A DNA stretch of 64,000 nucleotides, from positions 102,641-166,640 of the forward strand of contig CAYOSQ010000003.1 in NCBI GenBank assembly GCA_964406665.1, given 5' to 3'. Within the stretch, counting starts at the first letter, position 1; each line of letters opens with the position of its first letter. The stretch is from an uncultured Planctomycetia bacterium (GTDB taxonomy: Bacteria > Omnitrophota > Gorgyraeia > VGKH01 > JBHPFN01). Of the stretch, positions 49,230 to 58,256 are shown in pieces. The translations under genes and the position numbers were made by a program. The notes below the pieces were generated by a model. That model worked only from the letters and a program-made list of their open reading frames with translations, was not told the DNA's origin and searched no databases.

Positions 49230-50510
49230 TTGATTATAATAAATAAGGAGAAAAACATGAAGAAAATAAGTTTTATAGCGTACATTCTTTTTATCATTTT
49301 ATCGGCATATGCAGGTTTCACCTTGCAAGCAATCGAAGGTGCTGAGAGCTTAACGCTGACAACTTATTATCCTGCTCCTTTTGGAACTTATAAGGCGCTG
49401 AGGCTGTTCCCCGGAGCAACCCTTGGGGGTGCAGAGTGTAATGCAGATACTGAAGGGTTAATGTATTATGACGAAACCGGTACACAGGTAATGTTGTGTC
49501 GTGATACCGGGGCAGGTGTGTTTGCTTGGACACCATTTGGTGGTGGTTTATGGGAAATTTCTCCTGATGAAAATCAGATATATCCTATTGGCTGGGATGT
49601 TCCGCAGGTGGTAGGCGTAGGAACCGATAGCCCAATTGTTTCCGGATATGAAGATAGAGGGACACTCTTTCATGTCAAAAATGGTAGTGTACTTTTTCAG
49701 GGCGAACCTGGCTCAACAGTAGGGCTTGCACCCATGGAAGGTCCAGGAAGCCGGTTGATGTGGATGCCTGGAAAAAAAGGCGCTTTTAGAGCCGGCCATC
49801 TCACTGTAACTAACCACGATAATTGGGATGATGATACTATCGGCGAGACTTCTATAGCATTAGGCGGTGGTCCAGTGGCAAGCGGGGAATATAGCGTTGC
49901 TATCGGGCACGGGGTATTTGCAACAGGCGATAACAGTATTGCTATCGGATCAAGCCAAAGTACGCGAGCCGATTGCCAACAATGTTTAGCAATCGGGCAC
50001 TCAATAACGAATGCGATTGATCGATCTTTGATGATAGGCTTTGGTGGTACACCGGATATTTTTGTCAGTAGTGGGAAGGTAGGTATAAATAGAATAGTTG
50101 CCGCAAGTGGTAATGCATTGGAAGTTGAAGGACAGGCATCAAATACTGCTGGAGGGGTATGGCTTGTAAATTCTGACAGTGCAATAAAAACTGATATCCA
50201 TAATTTAGATAATGCTTCAGAAACTATAAACCAGCTAAGACCGGTTAGCTTTCGCTATATTAAAGAATATGCTGCGCAACATAAATCAATAAAAGATCAT
50301 GACTATTATAATTTTATAGCACAGGATTTTCAGAAGATTTTCCCTGATAATGTCAAGGAAGGCTCAGATGGGTATCTGCAGATAGATACTCATCCGGTTA
50401 CCCCGTATTTAGTTGCTGCGTTTCAAGAATTAAGCAGTAAAGTTGAAAAACTGGCACAGGAGAACAAACAACTGAAGGATATGATTAGTGCTCTGTCATT
50501 ACAAAAGTAG
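49230..50510 (+). CDS. membrane-anchored tail-fibre-like protein with C-terminal intramolecular chaperone (peptidase S74 / endosialidase-chaperone) domain
   Basis: N-terminal signal anchor. The central region has SxAxG head/fibre-like repeats (SIALGGG..SVAIGHG..SIAIGSS). The C-terminal ~120 aa (NSDSAIKTDIHNLDNASETINQLRPVSFRY...YNFIAQDFQKIFPD...YLQIDTHPVTPYLVAAFQELSSKVEKL) matches the autoproteolytic IMC domain of phage tail spikes (Ser-Lys dyad context). Confidence 0.6.
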   Translation: MIIINKEKNMKKISFIAYILFIILSAYAGFTLQAIEGAESLTLTTYYPAPFGTYKALRLFPGATLGGAECNADTEGLMYYDETGTQVMLCRDTGAGVFAWTPFGGGLWEISPDENQIYPIGWDVPQVVGVGTDSPIVSGYEDRGTLFHVKNGSVLFQGEPGSTVGLAPMEGPGSRLMWMPGKKGAFRAGHLTVTNHDNWDDDTIGETSIALGGGPVASGEYSVAIGHGVFATGDNSIAIGSSQSTRADCQQCLAIGHSITNAIDRSLMIGFGGTPDIFVSSGKVGINRIVAASGNALEVEGQASNTAGGVWLVNSDSAIKTDIHNLDNASETINQLRPVSFRYIKEYAAQHKSIKDHDYYNFIAQDFQKIFPDNVKEGSDGYLQIDTHPVTPYLVAAFQELSSKVEKLAQENKQLKDMISALSLQK

Positions 50511-50545
50511 ATTAGAATTTACAGAAAGAAAAGAAGGAGGGAGAA

Positions 50546-50935
50546 ATGCAAGATTCAATATTTATTGCCAGGATTATTGGCCCGGTTTTAGTAACTGTTG
50601 CTTTAGGTCTTATGGTAAACCGTAAAACTTACCAGGCAGTTATGAGTGAATATTTTGAGAATGCGGCTTTAGTCTATTTTGGAGGACTAATTTCATTGGT
50701 TATCGGTATTCTTGTAATGTTAAATCATAATATTTGGGTTTCTCAGTGGCCGGTTATCATTACTGTTTTTGGCTGGATGGGGTTTGTTAAGGGAGTATTT
50801 CTTATTATTTCTCCTAATTCAATGGTTAAATTGACTGAGGCTTATGCAAAGAATACAACTTTACTAGTTATTCATTCTATTTTGATACTTGCCCTGGGAA
50901 TATTTTTAACAGCTAAGGGATATTTTATCGTATAA
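50546..50935 (+). CDS. hypothetical membrane protein
   Basis: Four TM helices. Confidence 0.35.
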   Translation: MQDSIFIARIIGPVLVTVALGLMVNRKTYQAVMSEYFENAALVYFGGLISLVIGILVMLNHNIWVSQWPVIITVFGWMGFVKGVFLIISPNSMVKLTEAYAKNTTLLVIHSILILALGIFLTAKGYFIV

Positions 50936-50943
50936 ACTTTATA

Positions 50944-51615
50944 ATGCAGAAAGAAAGCGCACAAGATAAAAAAAGATTGCAGTGGCTGACTCCGTCAGCC
51001 ACTGTTTTAGTTGTAGCAAACTTAATTCCTCTTTACGGTGTATTGTTTTTAGGCTGGTCAGTTTTTTCAATTATTTTTCTTTTTTGGTTTGAGAATGTCA
51101 TTGTTGGATTCTTTAATGTATTACGTTTAGCTACAGTTAGAGTTGATCAGCCGTTAAAGAACTTGGCCAAACTATTTTTTATCCCGTTTTTTACAGTTCA
51201 TTACGGGATGTTTACTGCAGTACACGGGATTTTTGTTGTTGCACTTTTTGGTAGAGATGTTATAGATTCATCCTCGATGTCTTCACTTAATATCGAAATC
51301 TTAAGCACAATATTTAAAGAAAATTATTTACTTTTGGCTGCTGAGTTTCTTTTTATTAGTCATGCGTTTTCTTTCTTTTATAATTATCTTCATAAAGGGG
51401 AATATCGTCGTAGCTCTTTAGAGAAGCTCATGGGTCAGCCGTATAAAAGGATTGTGGTTTTACATCTGGCGATTATTTTTGGTGGATTTTTACTTATGGC
51501 ACTTAAAGCCCCAATTGCAGGACTTATTCTGTTTATAGTCTTAAAGATATTTATGGATGTTCTTTCACACCTTAAGGAACATCGACAGGTGGCAGATAAA
51601 AAGGAGAATGTATGA
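50944..51615 (+). CDS. hypothetical polytopic membrane protein
   Basis: Six TM helices; no domain. Confidence 0.4.
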   Translation: MQKESAQDKKRLQWLTPSATVLVVANLIPLYGVLFLGWSVFSIIFLFWFENVIVGFFNVLRLATVRVDQPLKNLAKLFFIPFFTVHYGMFTAVHGIFVVALFGRDVIDSSSMSSLNIEILSTIFKENYLLLAAEFLFISHAFSFFYNYLHKGEYRRSSLEKLMGQPYKRIVVLHLAIIFGGFLLMALKAPIAGLILFIVLKIFMDVLSHLKEHRQVADKKENV

Positions 51616-52202
51616 AATATTCAAAAGTTGTTTTTATGCTTTTATGTTTTGTTTTGTGTTTTGGTGTTTTAGTATCAGCAGAATCAATGCCGGGTTATTC
51701 TGGTGGGGGATTTGGAGATTCACCAAGCAAAGTTATACCTAAATCAATAAAAGGTGCAAAGGTAGTGCCGGGGCCGTTTCAGGTTCAAAAAGTTGAGTTT
51801 AGCACGGTTAATTTGAATAATCAAACTCGTCTGGCCGCTGCAGTCATTTTCAATAAAAATGTAGATGCGTCAACTGTCCAGCAAAACGTAAACATAAGAT
51901 TGCTTAAGAAAGACGAAAACAATTTTTGGCGGGATGCCTCAACTCAAAATAACAACGTAAATATAAGGCCAAATTTCATCACTTGGGTAAGCGGCGCATC
52001 GCTAGAAAGCGGTGTATATAAAATGCATCTGAGGGGAACAATAAAAAGCGCTGGCGGAATATCCCTTGATTGTGATGGTGATGGTAAAGGCGAAGGAGGA
52101 TATCCTCCGCCATATGAGTCACAACTGTATCAGTCGAATGTTATTGAGCTAGAGGAAGCGGATCCGGGCAGGCTGGAAGGTATAATTGGAGATTTCCGTT
52201 AA
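51612..52202 (+). CDS. hypothetical secreted protein
   Basis: Signal peptide; no domain. Confidence 0.35.
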   Translation: MKYSKVVFMLLCFVLCFGVLVSAESMPGYSGGGFGDSPSKVIPKSIKGAKVVPGPFQVQKVEFSTVNLNNQTRLAAAVIFNKNVDASTVQQNVNIRLLKKDENNFWRDASTQNNNVNIRPNFITWVSGASLESGVYKMHLRGTIKSAGGISLDCDGDGKGEGGYPPPYESQLYQSNVIELEEADPGRLEGIIGDFR

Positions 52203-52234
52203 GAAAACTCAAAAAAGAATAGGAGCAGGAAATC

Positions 52235-53470
52235 ATGATTAAAAAGATTGCTATTAGAATTATTTTTGTTTTATTATTTTTATTTGCCCTGCCTATTTTT
52301 CAGGGCACTTTTTTTGATATTAATTATTTTACAGGAGAAGGCTTTTGCCAACCTAAAACAGCAAGTGAAAAGTGCCCAGATAATTATGTGCCTGGTACCT
52401 GTTCGCCGAATCCTTGCAAGGAGCTTGAGAGCTGTAGTACAAGAGCATCGCATCCGCAATGTCATATGTGTACTGGTCAGGGTTGTCCTGCTAGTTATTC
52501 TAAGGGTAGGTGTACCTCTGATTCATGCAGCGAGAATGAAGTCTGCCAGCCGGATAATAGCAGGAAATGCCATAGATGTATGCCTAAGCCAGATTGGGAA
52601 GATTGCCCGGATGGTTATGCGCCCGGGACATGTTCGCCTAATCCTTGTCAACAGTACGCAAGTTGTGGCACAAGAGCATCACACCCGTTGTGCCATATGT
52701 GTACAGGTCAGGGATGTCCTACGGGGTATTCCAAGGGAAGATGTACATCTGAATCATGCAGTGAAGGCGAAACCTGTCAAGCAGATAAAAGCGGTAAGTG
52801 TCATAGATGTAGGCCTAAGCCAGGCTGGGAAAATTGCCCGGATGGTTATGCGCCCGGGACATGTTCGCCTAATCCTTGTCAACAGTACGCAAGTTGTAGC
52901 ACAAGAGCATCACATCCGTTGTGCCATATGTGTACAGGTCAAGGTTGTCCTGATGGTTTTCAAAAAGGGAGTTGTACATCTCAAACATGCAGCGAAGATG
53001 AAACCTGTCAATCTGATAAGAGTGGAAAATGTTATAGATGCATGCCTAAACCAGAGAAGGAAAAATGCCCGGATGGATATGTACCGGGGACATGCTCGCC
53101 TAATCCCTGTGAGTTAGGAGATAGCTGCAGCACCAGAGCATCACATCCGCTGTGCCATAAATGTAACTCTCGCTGTCCGGATGGATATTCGCTTGGGAAA
53201 TGTTCGCCCAATCCCTGCGAGCGAGGTCAAAGTTGCAGTACATTAGCTAAGTATCCATGTTATATGTGTAGAAATGCGATGGCCGTACAGGATGATGGGT
53301 TAAAGGTACAAAAGGCGCTTGGTGTGTTTGAAAAACGAGATAAAAAAAGAATAATCGTACCGGTTCCAGGCTATCAACATCAGACTCAAGGAGAAGAGTC
53401 TATGATTCCTGGCGTTACCACAACACCTAAGGCAGAAGACAAGCCGACTTGTCCAAGCTCTTCTCATTGA
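52235..53470 (+). CDS. secreted cysteine-rich tandem-repeat protein
   Basis: Signal peptide, then 3 complete and 2 partial copies of a 77 aa, 12-Cys unit (CPDGYAPGTCSPNPCQQYASCSTRASHPLCHMCTGQGCP.GY.KG.CTS..CSE.E.CQ.D.SGKC.RC.PKP). Confidence 0.6.
   Translation: MIKKIAIRIIFVLLFLFALPIFQGTFFDINYFTGEGFCQPKTASEKCPDNYVPGTCSPNPCKELESCSTRASHPQCHMCTGQGCPASYSKGRCTSDSCSENEVCQPDNSRKCHRCMPKPDWEDCPDGYAPGTCSPNPCQQYASCGTRASHPLCHMCTGQGCPTGYSKGRCTSESCSEGETCQADKSGKCHRCRPKPGWENCPDGYAPGTCSPNPCQQYASCSTRASHPLCHMCTGQGCPDGFQKGSCTSQTCSEDETCQSDKSGKCYRCMPKPEKEKCPDGYVPGTCSPNPCELGDSCSTRASHPLCHKCNSRCPDGYSLGKCSPNPCERGQSCSTLAKYPCYMCRNAMAVQDDGLKVQKALGVFEKRDKKRIIVPVPGYQHQTQGEESMIPGVTTTPKAEDKPTCPSSSH
52373..53280 (+). repeat. 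231 bp tandem DNA repeat (about 4.5 copies) inside the cysteine-rich protein gene
   Basis: Copies begin at about 52373, 52604, 52835, 53066 and 53174 (partial); copies 2 and 3 are nearly identical over more than 110 bp. Confidence 0.8.
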
Positions 53471-53599
53471 GTTTCTGCCCGCAGATTTTTAAACTAGGGC
53501 GGACTGGAATTTCACTCGAGGTAATCTAGGGCGAAATTCCTGGGACATGCATTATTTGAAAAGGGGAAGGCTTGTGAAGCGGAAGGGAATGAGGTATAT

Positions 53600-54400
53600 A
53601 TGACGATAAAACTAATACTTATTTTACTATGTTGTATGTTAATAGGCTGCGTGAGTTTTTGTTTTGCTGAAACCACGGAAGAAATTGAAGAATATTTTCA
53701 GCAAGGCTTACAATTAGGTCAATCGGGAATGTTGGATGCGGCAATACAGGAATTTAAGAAAGTTGTCTCAGTTGATCCGGCCAATTTAGATTTTACTTAC
53801 TATTTTCAAACATATAGTGAATCATATTATAACATTGGGCTGCTTTATGCAAAAAAAGAGCAGTGGGAGGATTCTATAGTTGCCTACGAAAAGGCGCTTA
53901 AGATTCATCCCCAGCATAAGAGAGCTCTTTATTATCTTTCATTTTCTTATATGGCTTCAGGTGAAATCGCAAAGGCATTGGATTATTATGATAAAGCTAA
54001 GGCTTCAGGATTCCTAGAGGGCGCTGCAGGGGCAGATTTTGTTGGTGAGCATCTTAAAAATTATACAAAAAGAGAATTTGATATTGAGTATAAACCTCTT
54101 TTAAATGACGAGGATGATAAGATTACTATTAGAATTAAAGGTAATCCTATTGGGGATAATGAATTGATTAAAGATACTATTACAGGTCTTGAGAAGCAGG
54201 AATTAATTAATAGAAGAAGCCTGTTTATTTTCGCAGAAGTGGAATTTATTCGATTCAAAGAAAATGGAACTATTGCCGTAGAGAAATGGTCTGTAACCGG
54301 GAAAGAAGGATTAAAAGAGTATTGGGTTAGCTCTGATTCTACGCCGCCGGAAGGTTTTCCATTTAAAATTATGGTAAAAGTTTCAGAACATGAGCTGTAA
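53600..54400 (+). CDS. TPR-repeat lipoprotein
   Basis: Lipobox LIGCVS; three or four TPR units in the N-terminal half. Confidence 0.5.
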   Translation: MTIKLILILLCCMLIGCVSFCFAETTEEIEEYFQQGLQLGQSGMLDAAIQEFKKVVSVDPANLDFTYYFQTYSESYYNIGLLYAKKEQWEDSIVAYEKALKIHPQHKRALYYLSFSYMASGEIAKALDYYDKAKASGFLEGAAGADFVGEHLKNYTKREFDIEYKPLLNDEDDKITIRIKGNPIGDNELIKDTITGLEKQELINRRSLFIFAEVEFIRFKENGTIAVEKWSVTGKEGLKEYWVSSDSTPPEGFPFKIMVKVSEHEL

Positions 54401-54452
54401 GTGCTTTATGTAATGGTAAAACGTTAAGTAAAGAGTTTAGGATTTAGGATTT

Positions 54453-55889
54453 TTAGAATCTGATGGGGAAGTTTACTTCGAGAGTAAAGTCTGGCGCGTC
54501 TTCGGTAAGTCCGTAACCCGCAGTAATCTGCAAAGGTATTTTTCGATTAATCAGCCAAGAAACTCCGGTTTTAAAATTCGCTACATTAGTAAATGAGCCA
54601 GCGACCATATTATCATCCACTTCCATCTTTTGAGTAACATGTTGCTCTAACCCAAAATTAAGACTCAGTTGATAATTTAAGGAAAACGCAAGGCCCAAAC
54701 CATAGCTAATGGTATCTCCTGGGTTGACCTTGCCGTAATCATTGATATCTCTGGGAATATTCCAGGTATAGCCTAAGTTACCAAAAAGGATTGCAGGGTC
54801 AGCCGATTTTACCCAGGTTAGCCCTGCCTTGGTTGCCCAGTGTCCGGTTCCAACTCCGATAGATTCTCCGTAAGGTGATTCTCCGGTGTCTGACTTTACA
54901 GTCAATCCCGCGATCAAATCAGGCTTGCCGCCTTCCTCATGCATAAACTGATAAAATAGACCGGTTTCGATATCGCCTAGGCCACCTTTAGAGCGCGATG
55001 ATTCGGAGCCGTCCGATGATGTAACGCGTTCGTGTTGTCCTCTTAAGGGAACCCTCAAGTCCCATTGAAGATTGTCGGTTAATCCATAATGAGAGGTAAA
55101 TGTTTGAATAAAGATATCCCTTTTAACTGTCTCTGAGGATATTTCTCCAATAACCAGGACCGGTAAGATAGTAACTCCTTGGATAGAAATGTTGTTTGCT
55201 GAGAGGTGGGCATAAGTAAATTCAGAGTCAATTTTCCAATTTCCTTTGGGAAGCAGAACGCCACCGGTTCTAAACAGGGTTCTTTGTATAGTAACTTCTT
55301 TCTTGACTAAAGATTCAGGATCACCGGTAAACTCTGGTGCTGCGTCAGGATCGATATCTTCATCTCCCGGACCAGCGGCAACAATATTCTCAGCTTCACT
55401 GTCTTTAAGTTTTATTGGTTGATCTAATGTTTTTACGTATTCGCTAGCTACGGGTTCAGGTGATTTTGCACTTGCAGCGATATTTACTGACTCTACAGCA
55501 GAAATCTTCGGCGGCACTTTGGCTAAGGCAGATTCTTCGGTAATTAAAGTGAAATCATCACTGATAGACTCATTACCAAAAATATCTACACTGATTACAC
55601 GGTAGTGAATAGTAGTTGTAGCAGGTAAGTTATTAATTACAATGGTATGTCTAGTAACTAAGGCTGGATCTTCAGCGGTTTTGCTTCCAAAGGTGGTATC
55701 GCTTCCGTATTCGACTTGTGAAGTGGAAGGTTTATCTGTTTCCCAAACAATAGTTGCAGAATAGGTTTCCGGTTGAGCCTGCGCTGTTTGATCTTCTGAG
55801 GCTATGGTTACTTTTGCGCTTAAACAAATGAGAGCTACTAAAATTATACAGCTGAGTTTTTTCATGGTTCTACTATTGTAGGATAACAT
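54453..55889 (-). CDS. outer-membrane beta-barrel protein with N-terminal Fn3-like domain (candidate fibre-secretion channel, FapF-like role)
   Basis: Signal peptide, Fn3-like stretch (YSATIVWETDKPSTSQVEYGSDTTFG), an acidic Pro-rich linker, and about 280 aa of alternating amphipathic beta-strands ending ...LEVNFPIRF (a C-terminal aromatic OMP signature). Confidence 0.6.
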   Translation of the reverse strand: MLSYNSRTMKKLSCIILVALICLSAKVTIASEDQTAQAQPETYSATIVWETDKPSTSQVEYGSDTTFGSKTAEDPALVTRHTIVINNLPATTTIHYRVISVDIFGNESISDDFTLITEESALAKVPPKISAVESVNIAASAKSPEPVASEYVKTLDQPIKLKDSEAENIVAAGPGDEDIDPDAAPEFTGDPESLVKKEVTIQRTLFRTGGVLLPKGNWKIDSEFTYAHLSANNISIQGVTILPVLVIGEISSETVKRDIFIQTFTSHYGLTDNLQWDLRVPLRGQHERVTSSDGSESSRSKGGLGDIETGLFYQFMHEEGGKPDLIAGLTVKSDTGESPYGESIGVGTGHWATKAGLTWVKSADPAILFGNLGYTWNIPRDINDYGKVNPGDTISYGLGLAFSLNYQLSLNFGLEQHVTQKMEVDDNMVAGSFTNVANFKTGVSWLINRKIPLQITAGYGLTEDAPDFTLEVNFPIRF

Positions 55890-55930
55890 ATCCGTAAAAT
55901 CAACTTAAAAATTATGTCGTAAAGGGAGAA

Positions 55931-56623
55931 TTAGAATTCCCCGGATTTGTAAATAATGCCCATCGAACGTATTCCGAGGAGTCGTTTGACCATTGTTGGA
56001 TCGGAGAAGATTGCTTTTTCTTCTTCGCTAAGCTGAAGAGGAGAGTTTTCATTAACTACGACGTCTGACTTTGCAAGTACCAAGCCAACCCCGTCTTGCC
56101 AAACTTTTAAGAAGCGATCAATCTTCATAGTCATATTACCCATTGAGGGATCAGCCAAGAAAACGCGGCCTCCTTTTGCACCGCGGAAGATAACAAAATG
56201 AGCGTAATCCGTTATATTAACCGGTATAAGTACAGGTTTATCAAGGTTAGTGAGAAATTCAAAATCCATCCTGTAGCCTATTACATCATATCCTTTGTAT
56301 TTGGCAAAATTCTTCAGATCTAATAGAGAAAAGCCTTTGCGTTGTCTTAGTTTCTTCAGATCACTGGCAAGGACCAAAGACTTGATGATTTCTTCTTCGC
56401 TGATATCATCCTGGAAATAAAAGCTTAGGAGTGTTGCCAGAGATGCCGGCCCGCAAGAATAATCAAACGATTGTTTAACTACATTTTCTTCACGTATATC
56501 TTTGAGCGATTTGACTTCTTTATTAATGCCGGGTCCGAAGTTAACTGAGAGTGCTTCTGTGCTGGTGCAAAGACCGCATAGTGCAAACGCAAAAACAGAA
56601 AGGATAATAGTAATTTGTTTCAT
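55931..56623 (-). CDS. periplasmic C39-like papain-fold peptidase-domain protein (FapD-like role)
   Basis: Signal peptide. VKQSFDYSCGPASLATLLSFYF (Q...CG.A.LA catalytic-Cys context of the C39 domain) and a downstream AHFVIF...ADP His/Asp region. Confidence 0.6.
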   Translation of the reverse strand: MKQITIILSVFAFALCGLCTSTEALSVNFGPGINKEVKSLKDIREENVVKQSFDYSCGPASLATLLSFYFQDDISEEEIIKSLVLASDLKKLRQRKGFSLLDLKNFAKYKGYDVIGYRMDFEFLTNLDKPVLIPVNITDYAHFVIFRGAKGGRVFLADPSMGNMTMKIDRFLKVWQDGVGLVLAKSDVVVNENSPLQLSEEEKAIFSDPTMVKRLLGIRSMGIIYKSGEF

Positions 56624-57537
56624 TATAGGTTATTTATGATATTAGAAATGTTTATGTTTTCTATGTTAACTCCACTTAAGGAGTTTAATGAACTTCCAAT
56701 GACTGATAAAATTGTGATGTTATTCTGTATAATTCCGATTGAGTTTGTCACTGATTCGGCATTGATGGTGATGTTTAGATTGCCTTTATTAAGTACAAAA
56801 CTACCAACCTGCGCACCTCCGTCTACACCGTTTACGTTATTGATAACCGTGGCTTCGTTGGTGTTGCTTATTGTGACGTTATCGATTATCCCATTGCGTG
56901 CAATAGCAATTGCTATATTGTTCTGAGCAACTAAAGCAGCATTGCCTAAATTAAATACCTCTGCAATGTTCGAATTGATGATTGAGCTATTAAGTACACT
57001 TCCTTCCAGTGCAACGAGTGCTGCAATATTGTACTGTGAGGCTACTGAAGAGTTGGAAGCACTCACTAGTCCTGAGAAGAAATTAAGGCCTCCAGAAAAA
57101 AGTGAGGTTTGGGTGATATTAGCCCCTGCGTCTGTTGAACCATTACTCAAGTTGGTAATATCGGCGTAGTTGGAATTTTCAATGCTTACACCATCAACAT
57201 CGCCATTTCTGGCAAAGCCCACTGCAATATTTCCCTGTCCAACGATACTGGAATTTCCAACATTAAATACCTCAGCAAAATTAGAATTAACAATAGAGCT
57301 GTTAAGTAATCCGCCATTGAGAACAAGGAGGGCACCAATATTACCTTGGGATACAACAGTGGATGCACCTGAGGAGATGGTGTTAATAGATATATTTAGT
57401 CCACCTAATCCTTGGGCAGATATTTCATCTAGCTCTTGATCAGAAAGAATAACCGCATGACCTCTTTGATCTGCGTATGAAATTGGAACACAGCTAAAGG
57501 TAAAAATAATAACTAAGATGAGTGAAAATATTCGCAT
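56623..57537 (-). CDS. secreted N/Q/S/G/A-rich imperfect-repeat protein, candidate major amyloid-like fibre subunit
   Basis: Signal peptide, two ~75 aa repeats each containing sub-motifs S..V.SQ.NI.AL and NSSI.NSN.AEVFN.GN...V.Q.NIA...ARNG; almost no charged residues within the repeats; an N/I/S-rich C-terminus. Confidence 0.55.
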   Translation of the reverse strand: MRIFSLILVIIFTFSCVPISYADQRGHAVILSDQELDEISAQGLGGLNISINTISSGASTVVSQGNIGALLVLNGGLLNSSIVNSNFAEVFNVGNSSIVGQGNIAVGFARNGDVDGVSIENSNYADITNLSNGSTDAGANITQTSLFSGGLNFFSGLVSASNSSVASQYNIAALVALEGSVLNSSIINSNIAEVFNLGNAALVAQNNIAIAIARNGIIDNVTISNTNEATVINNVNGVDGGAQVGSFVLNKGNLNITINAESVTNSIGIIQNNITILSVIGSSLNSLSGVNIENINISNIINNL

Positions 57538-57604
57538 TCGTTTCCTATGTATAACTTTTTTTGATAGTTTCTACTTAAATTTTTATTTTTTTTCGTGGGT
57601 TAAA

Positions 57605-57633
57605 GGAGGGGACATGCAAGAGGCGTCCCCTCC
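57605..57633 (-). promoter_or_regulatory. GC-rich intergenic hairpin between the two repeat-protein genes (possible intra-operon attenuator / RNA processing site)
   Basis: GGAGGGGAC-N11-GTCCCCTCC, a 9 bp perfect stem in an otherwise AT-rich spacer; on the minus strand it is followed by TTTAA...A8. Confidence 0.4.
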
Positions 57634-57653
57634 CGTATGTTAATCCTAATGAA

Positions 57654-58256
57654 TTAAAGCTGATCTATTATGTATAGAGCAGCATCATTAGAGATATTTC
57701 CCACAACTGCACAATTGCTGTTTGTAACCGAAGAGTCACCAACTCCGTTAGAACCAACAATTGCTCCAATGTTGCTCTGTGCTGCAACCGCTGATTTAGA
57801 TAATCCTAAATCATTGATTGAACCACCATCTTCGCCAACTTCAATACCTACTGTTTCTACGTCAGCATAACCTTCGCCCCATTTTTCATAGACGTTGATT
57901 ACGAGAGCTCCATTGTTATTTTCAACTGAAGAGCTTGTTACATCGCCACCTAAAGAAGCGATTGCTCCAATATTGCTCTGTGCTGCTGCAGCGGAATTTC
58001 CATCGATATTTGCTACGAGTGCCATGTTGTTGTTAATAACTTCAGTAGACCAGATGGGTCCTCCAGCAGCAATCGCACCTATATTGCTTTGAGTAACTAT
58101 TGCTGAGTTACCAGCGTCGACATCGTTAAGATTGACGTCAATAGCTCCTGCAGTAATTCCAGCGAGTTCAGCATCTGTCATTACTGTTTCTGCAAATACA
58201 GGTACGCACAGCGCTACTACAACCAATGCGAGTAATAATGATTTCATGTATTTCAC
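57654..58256 (-). CDS. secreted three-repeat N/Q/S/G/A-rich protein, candidate amyloid nucleator-like subunit
   Basis: Signal peptide, then three ~37 aa imperfect repeats (GNSAIVTQSNIGAIAAGG..., GNSAAAAQSNIGAIASLGG..., SKSAVAAQSNIGAIVGSNG...), each followed by V.N.N.A.V.NI. Confidence 0.55.
   Translation of the reverse strand: MKYMKSLLLALVVVALCVPVFAETVMTDAELAGITAGAIDVNLNDVDAGNSAIVTQSNIGAIAAGGPIWSTEVINNNMALVANIDGNSAAAAQSNIGAIASLGGDVTSSSVENNNGALVINVYEKWGEGYADVETVGIEVGEDGGSINDLGLSKSAVAAQSNIGAIVGSNGVGDSSVTNSNCAVVGNISNDAALYIIDQL

Noticed and set aside
52248-53117. 289 aa ORF in an alternative + frame inside the cysteine-repeat gene
   Set aside because: Same strand and different frame of a highly repetitive region; it has no start context and its composition is a by-product of the repeat. 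The frame at 52235 has the signal peptide and regular Cys spacing.
53470-53600. GGAATTTC ... GAAATTCC inverted repeat after the cysteine-repeat gene as a terminator
   Set aside because: The stem is only 8 bp with a 19 nt loop and has no downstream U-tract. At most it is a weak structure, so it is not called.
56615-58092. Several 60-100 aa + strand ORFs (56615-56926, 56942-57169, 57170-57439, 57670-57870, 57895-58092) antisense to the two repeat-protein genes
   Set aside because: They arise from low-complexity repetitive codons on the opposite strand. They lack ribosome-binding sites and signal peptides, and they fully overlap the much longer minus-strand ORFs that have proper N-terminal signal peptides.
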